Source: Hemiscyllium ocellatum (lineage: Eukaryota). Taken from it: a DNA stretch of 64,000 nt. The notes under the pieces were generated by a model, which was not told where the DNA came from, did no database searches, and saw nothing but the letters and a program-made list of their open reading frames with translations. The translations under genes and the position numbers were made by a program. The DNA is taken from positions 45,198,498 to 45,262,497 of the forward strand of contig NC_083435.1 in NCBI RefSeq assembly GCF_020745735.1. Direction: 5' to 3'. This document shows, in pieces, positions 61,287 through 64,000 of the stretch (the first letter of the stretch is position 1; the number at the start of each line of letters is the position of its first letter).

Positions 61287-64000
61287 GTCAGCTTTCAGTC
61301 ACGAGCAGTCCTGAGCGCCAGGATTCATATCTCATGCACAGGCTTACTCCTCACCCTCAGGAACTTACCACTTCTGCCAACCTCACTCAGATCCTCTTTG
61401 AAGACTTCATATAACCCCGGCTGTGGGAATCACATCAGTGAAATATGCTCACTGAACCTGCACCTCCTCCAGCCAGACAAAGTGACCTACAGCCCCAGGG
61501 AGCAGAGGCAAAGTGACCTGGACATGGGGCCCTACATCACCACAAGAATCTGAAGGAGACGGTGCACCATGGAGCGAGCTGTCCCTGTTCAGAACACTTA
61601 CGAAAACGACATTTTTGCATTGAGACCCTTCCCACATCCCACTTCAGTTATCCTGCTGCTTACTCACAAGTAACAGCCACTGATGGTGCCTATAGACTCA
61701 GTTTTACACTCAACTGCACCTTCCGTCAACTTAACTCTACCCTTCTACATTCATATCCCCAAAAACTACCTGTGGTCATCCAGTGCAAACTCATGAGGAC
61801 ACATAGATTGTAACAGATCTCTGAAGCTGAAACACAATCTTTAGGTCTGATATCTAGGATCACCAGAACAATAGAGCTCACTCTGAAAGTGTTGAGTGCA
61901 AGTGATTAATCCATTTCATCAGGATGAAGGGGATATAAGGCTTGACAATGTAATAAGCCCTCAGAATGTGATACGTTTTGCTTCAATGTTATTCTGGAGA
62001 ATCTTTGTTGCACGTTCAGGTTCACAGTTTGAAACTTCGTAACACTGACAATTAGATTTACATTTCCTATCTTTAATGACTATCTTTTTAACAAAGTTAT
62101 GCTCACTATAAATCCACCTGGTCAAAACTGAAGCAAATAATTCTGTCATTTCACTGGCGTTACCTGTGGGTTTACCTTGTGCACACTTTGCCGAGCATGT
62201 TCCTATCTTTATAAATATTTTGTTTTTTAAGCATCTAGATGATATTGTGTCTTATCTTACTCAGATTACTGAAATACATAATTCAGTTTTTTCTCTACAT
62301 ATTTCTCTCCCTTCCAACTCTAACAATTTTGGTTTTCCAGCTCCTCTCCTTTATTCTCAGTGCTGACTGCAAAATCTTTACCTTAGTTTAACATTAACCC
62401 TTATCTTTATTCGTTCATGTGATTAAGTTAAAAATCGTGTACTGTTTTTCTTCAATCAGAGGTTTATTGACTGATGTTGTAAACGTTCTCCGCTGTTTTT
62501 GACCTTATTTTCATCAAGATTCCCTCGACTTCTCGTTCAAAACTTGATGAGCTGTAAAATGAATTATATTTTGTCAGGCTGGAGTCACAGTCCTTGAGGC
62601 ACCTGTGAGTTTGACTACTGTCAGCAGATCAGGAGTTGTTTACGAAGTTTTCAAATCGATAAGTTGATTTTCAAACTGATTCAAACTGATGTAGGCAAAT
62701 TATTAACCCATAATATCCTGACTTCAGTCCACAAGTCGCAAATTACATCGCACCACACAAACACGAAGGAATGACCATCTCCAGTAAGATAATCTAATCA
62801 CCATCCCTTCACATTCAATGGCATTACCATCACTGAATTTCCCCATAATCAAAACCTGGGGTTTTGCCATTGACCAGAAACTCACTGGTCTCTCCGCATG
62901 GACACAGCGCCTAAAAGAGCACGTCAGAGTCTAGAGATCCTGCAAAGAGTAGCCCACCTTCTGACTCCCCAAAGTCTGTACTGACAAAATACAAGTCAGG
63001 AGTATGATGGAATGTTGCCTAGATGGGTGCAGTTTCAATAACAGAAACAAGACACTATCCAAGCAGCCTGCTTGATTAACACTACAGCCACATGCATCCT
63101 CTTGCTAAACTAACAAGACTCAATAACAGCAGTGTGTACTATCTACAAGATGCACAACATAAATTCACCAAAGCTCCTTAGAGAGCACCTTCCAAAACCA
63201 CAACCACTTCCATTTTGAAGGCAAGGGTGGCAGATACAAGAGAACACCACAACTGACAATTCCCTTCAAAGCCACTCATCCTAACCAATACCTCACTATG
63301 GCTGGGTCAAAATCCAGGGATTCCCTCTCTACTTATGGCATAAGGACTGCAACAGATCAAGGAGGCAGCTTACGACTATCTTCTCGGGGCAACTAGGGAC
63401 GGGCAATAAATGCAGGCCCACCCTGGAACACACACAAGGGAATCAAAAATTGAACACATTAGAGACATGTGACTATCAGATTATGAGAAATACAATCTGG
63501 AGTAGGCTATTCTCCCCTTCGAGGCTGTGCTAACTTTCAACATGTCAATGAGTGATCTATTTCCTGAACTCCATATTCCAAACTACATTCCTATCTCTCA
63601 GCAAACCTGGCAGCAAAATATTTAGCACCTCTTCTTGAATACAGTCAGTGGCAGAGCATTCATACACCTCTAGGTTGAAAGAATTTCAAAGGTTCATCTA
63701 TTGAACGGATAAATTGCTCATATCTTCATCCTAAAAATCTGACTCTTTATATGAGTGCTATCCCCACCCACAAGCAACACATGTACATGAGCAGGAGACT
63801 ATATTGTTATTGGCAGAAATGTAATCGAACATCTTGTGGAAGTGACTGGGTGAGATGAACATGTGGAGCTGAGTCCACTGTTAGAAGCAAAATGCCATTT
63901 TTCACTCAATTAGCATAAAAAAGACAAGGTTAGATAATGTTGAAGGAGTATGGCACAGAGGGAGGCAATGGCGTTTGGTATTATATCTGGACTGTTAATC

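Overview
Vertebrate genomic DNA, most likely a cartilaginous fish (shark). This is inferred from the repeat families: V-SINE/HE1-like SINEs, CR1/HER1-like LINEs, Deu-SINE-like remnants and Penelope-like elements. Most of the window is decayed retroelement sequence. Recognisable host genes: (1) two tandem minus-strand C2H2 zinc-finger genes of 9 intact fingers each (CDS 2123-3028 and 15423-16187), with no KRAB/SCAN domain; each has a short first exon ending in ATG|GT, which creates a spliced upstream ORF, and their promoters share a ~200-bp identical tract; (2) a frameshifted CYP2-family pseudogene (+ strand, exons 3, 4 and 9 recognised); (3) probable heavily decayed Ig-superfamily receptor exons (Ig-like, TM-like and Tyr-motif tail) at 52-57 kb, possibly also 61-62 kb. 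Mobile DNA includes a two-LTR Gmr1-type Gypsy element (46880-52381, integrase upstream of RT), several Penelope-like (PLE) RT/GIY-YIG fragments and many LINEs and SINEs. The most striking unannotated signal is about 13 minimal type-I hammerhead-ribozyme motifs in four sequence families, carried on PLE ends that repeatedly occur as tails-outward inverted pairs from ~85 bp to ~2.4 kb. All calls are by eye and repeat boundaries are approximate.
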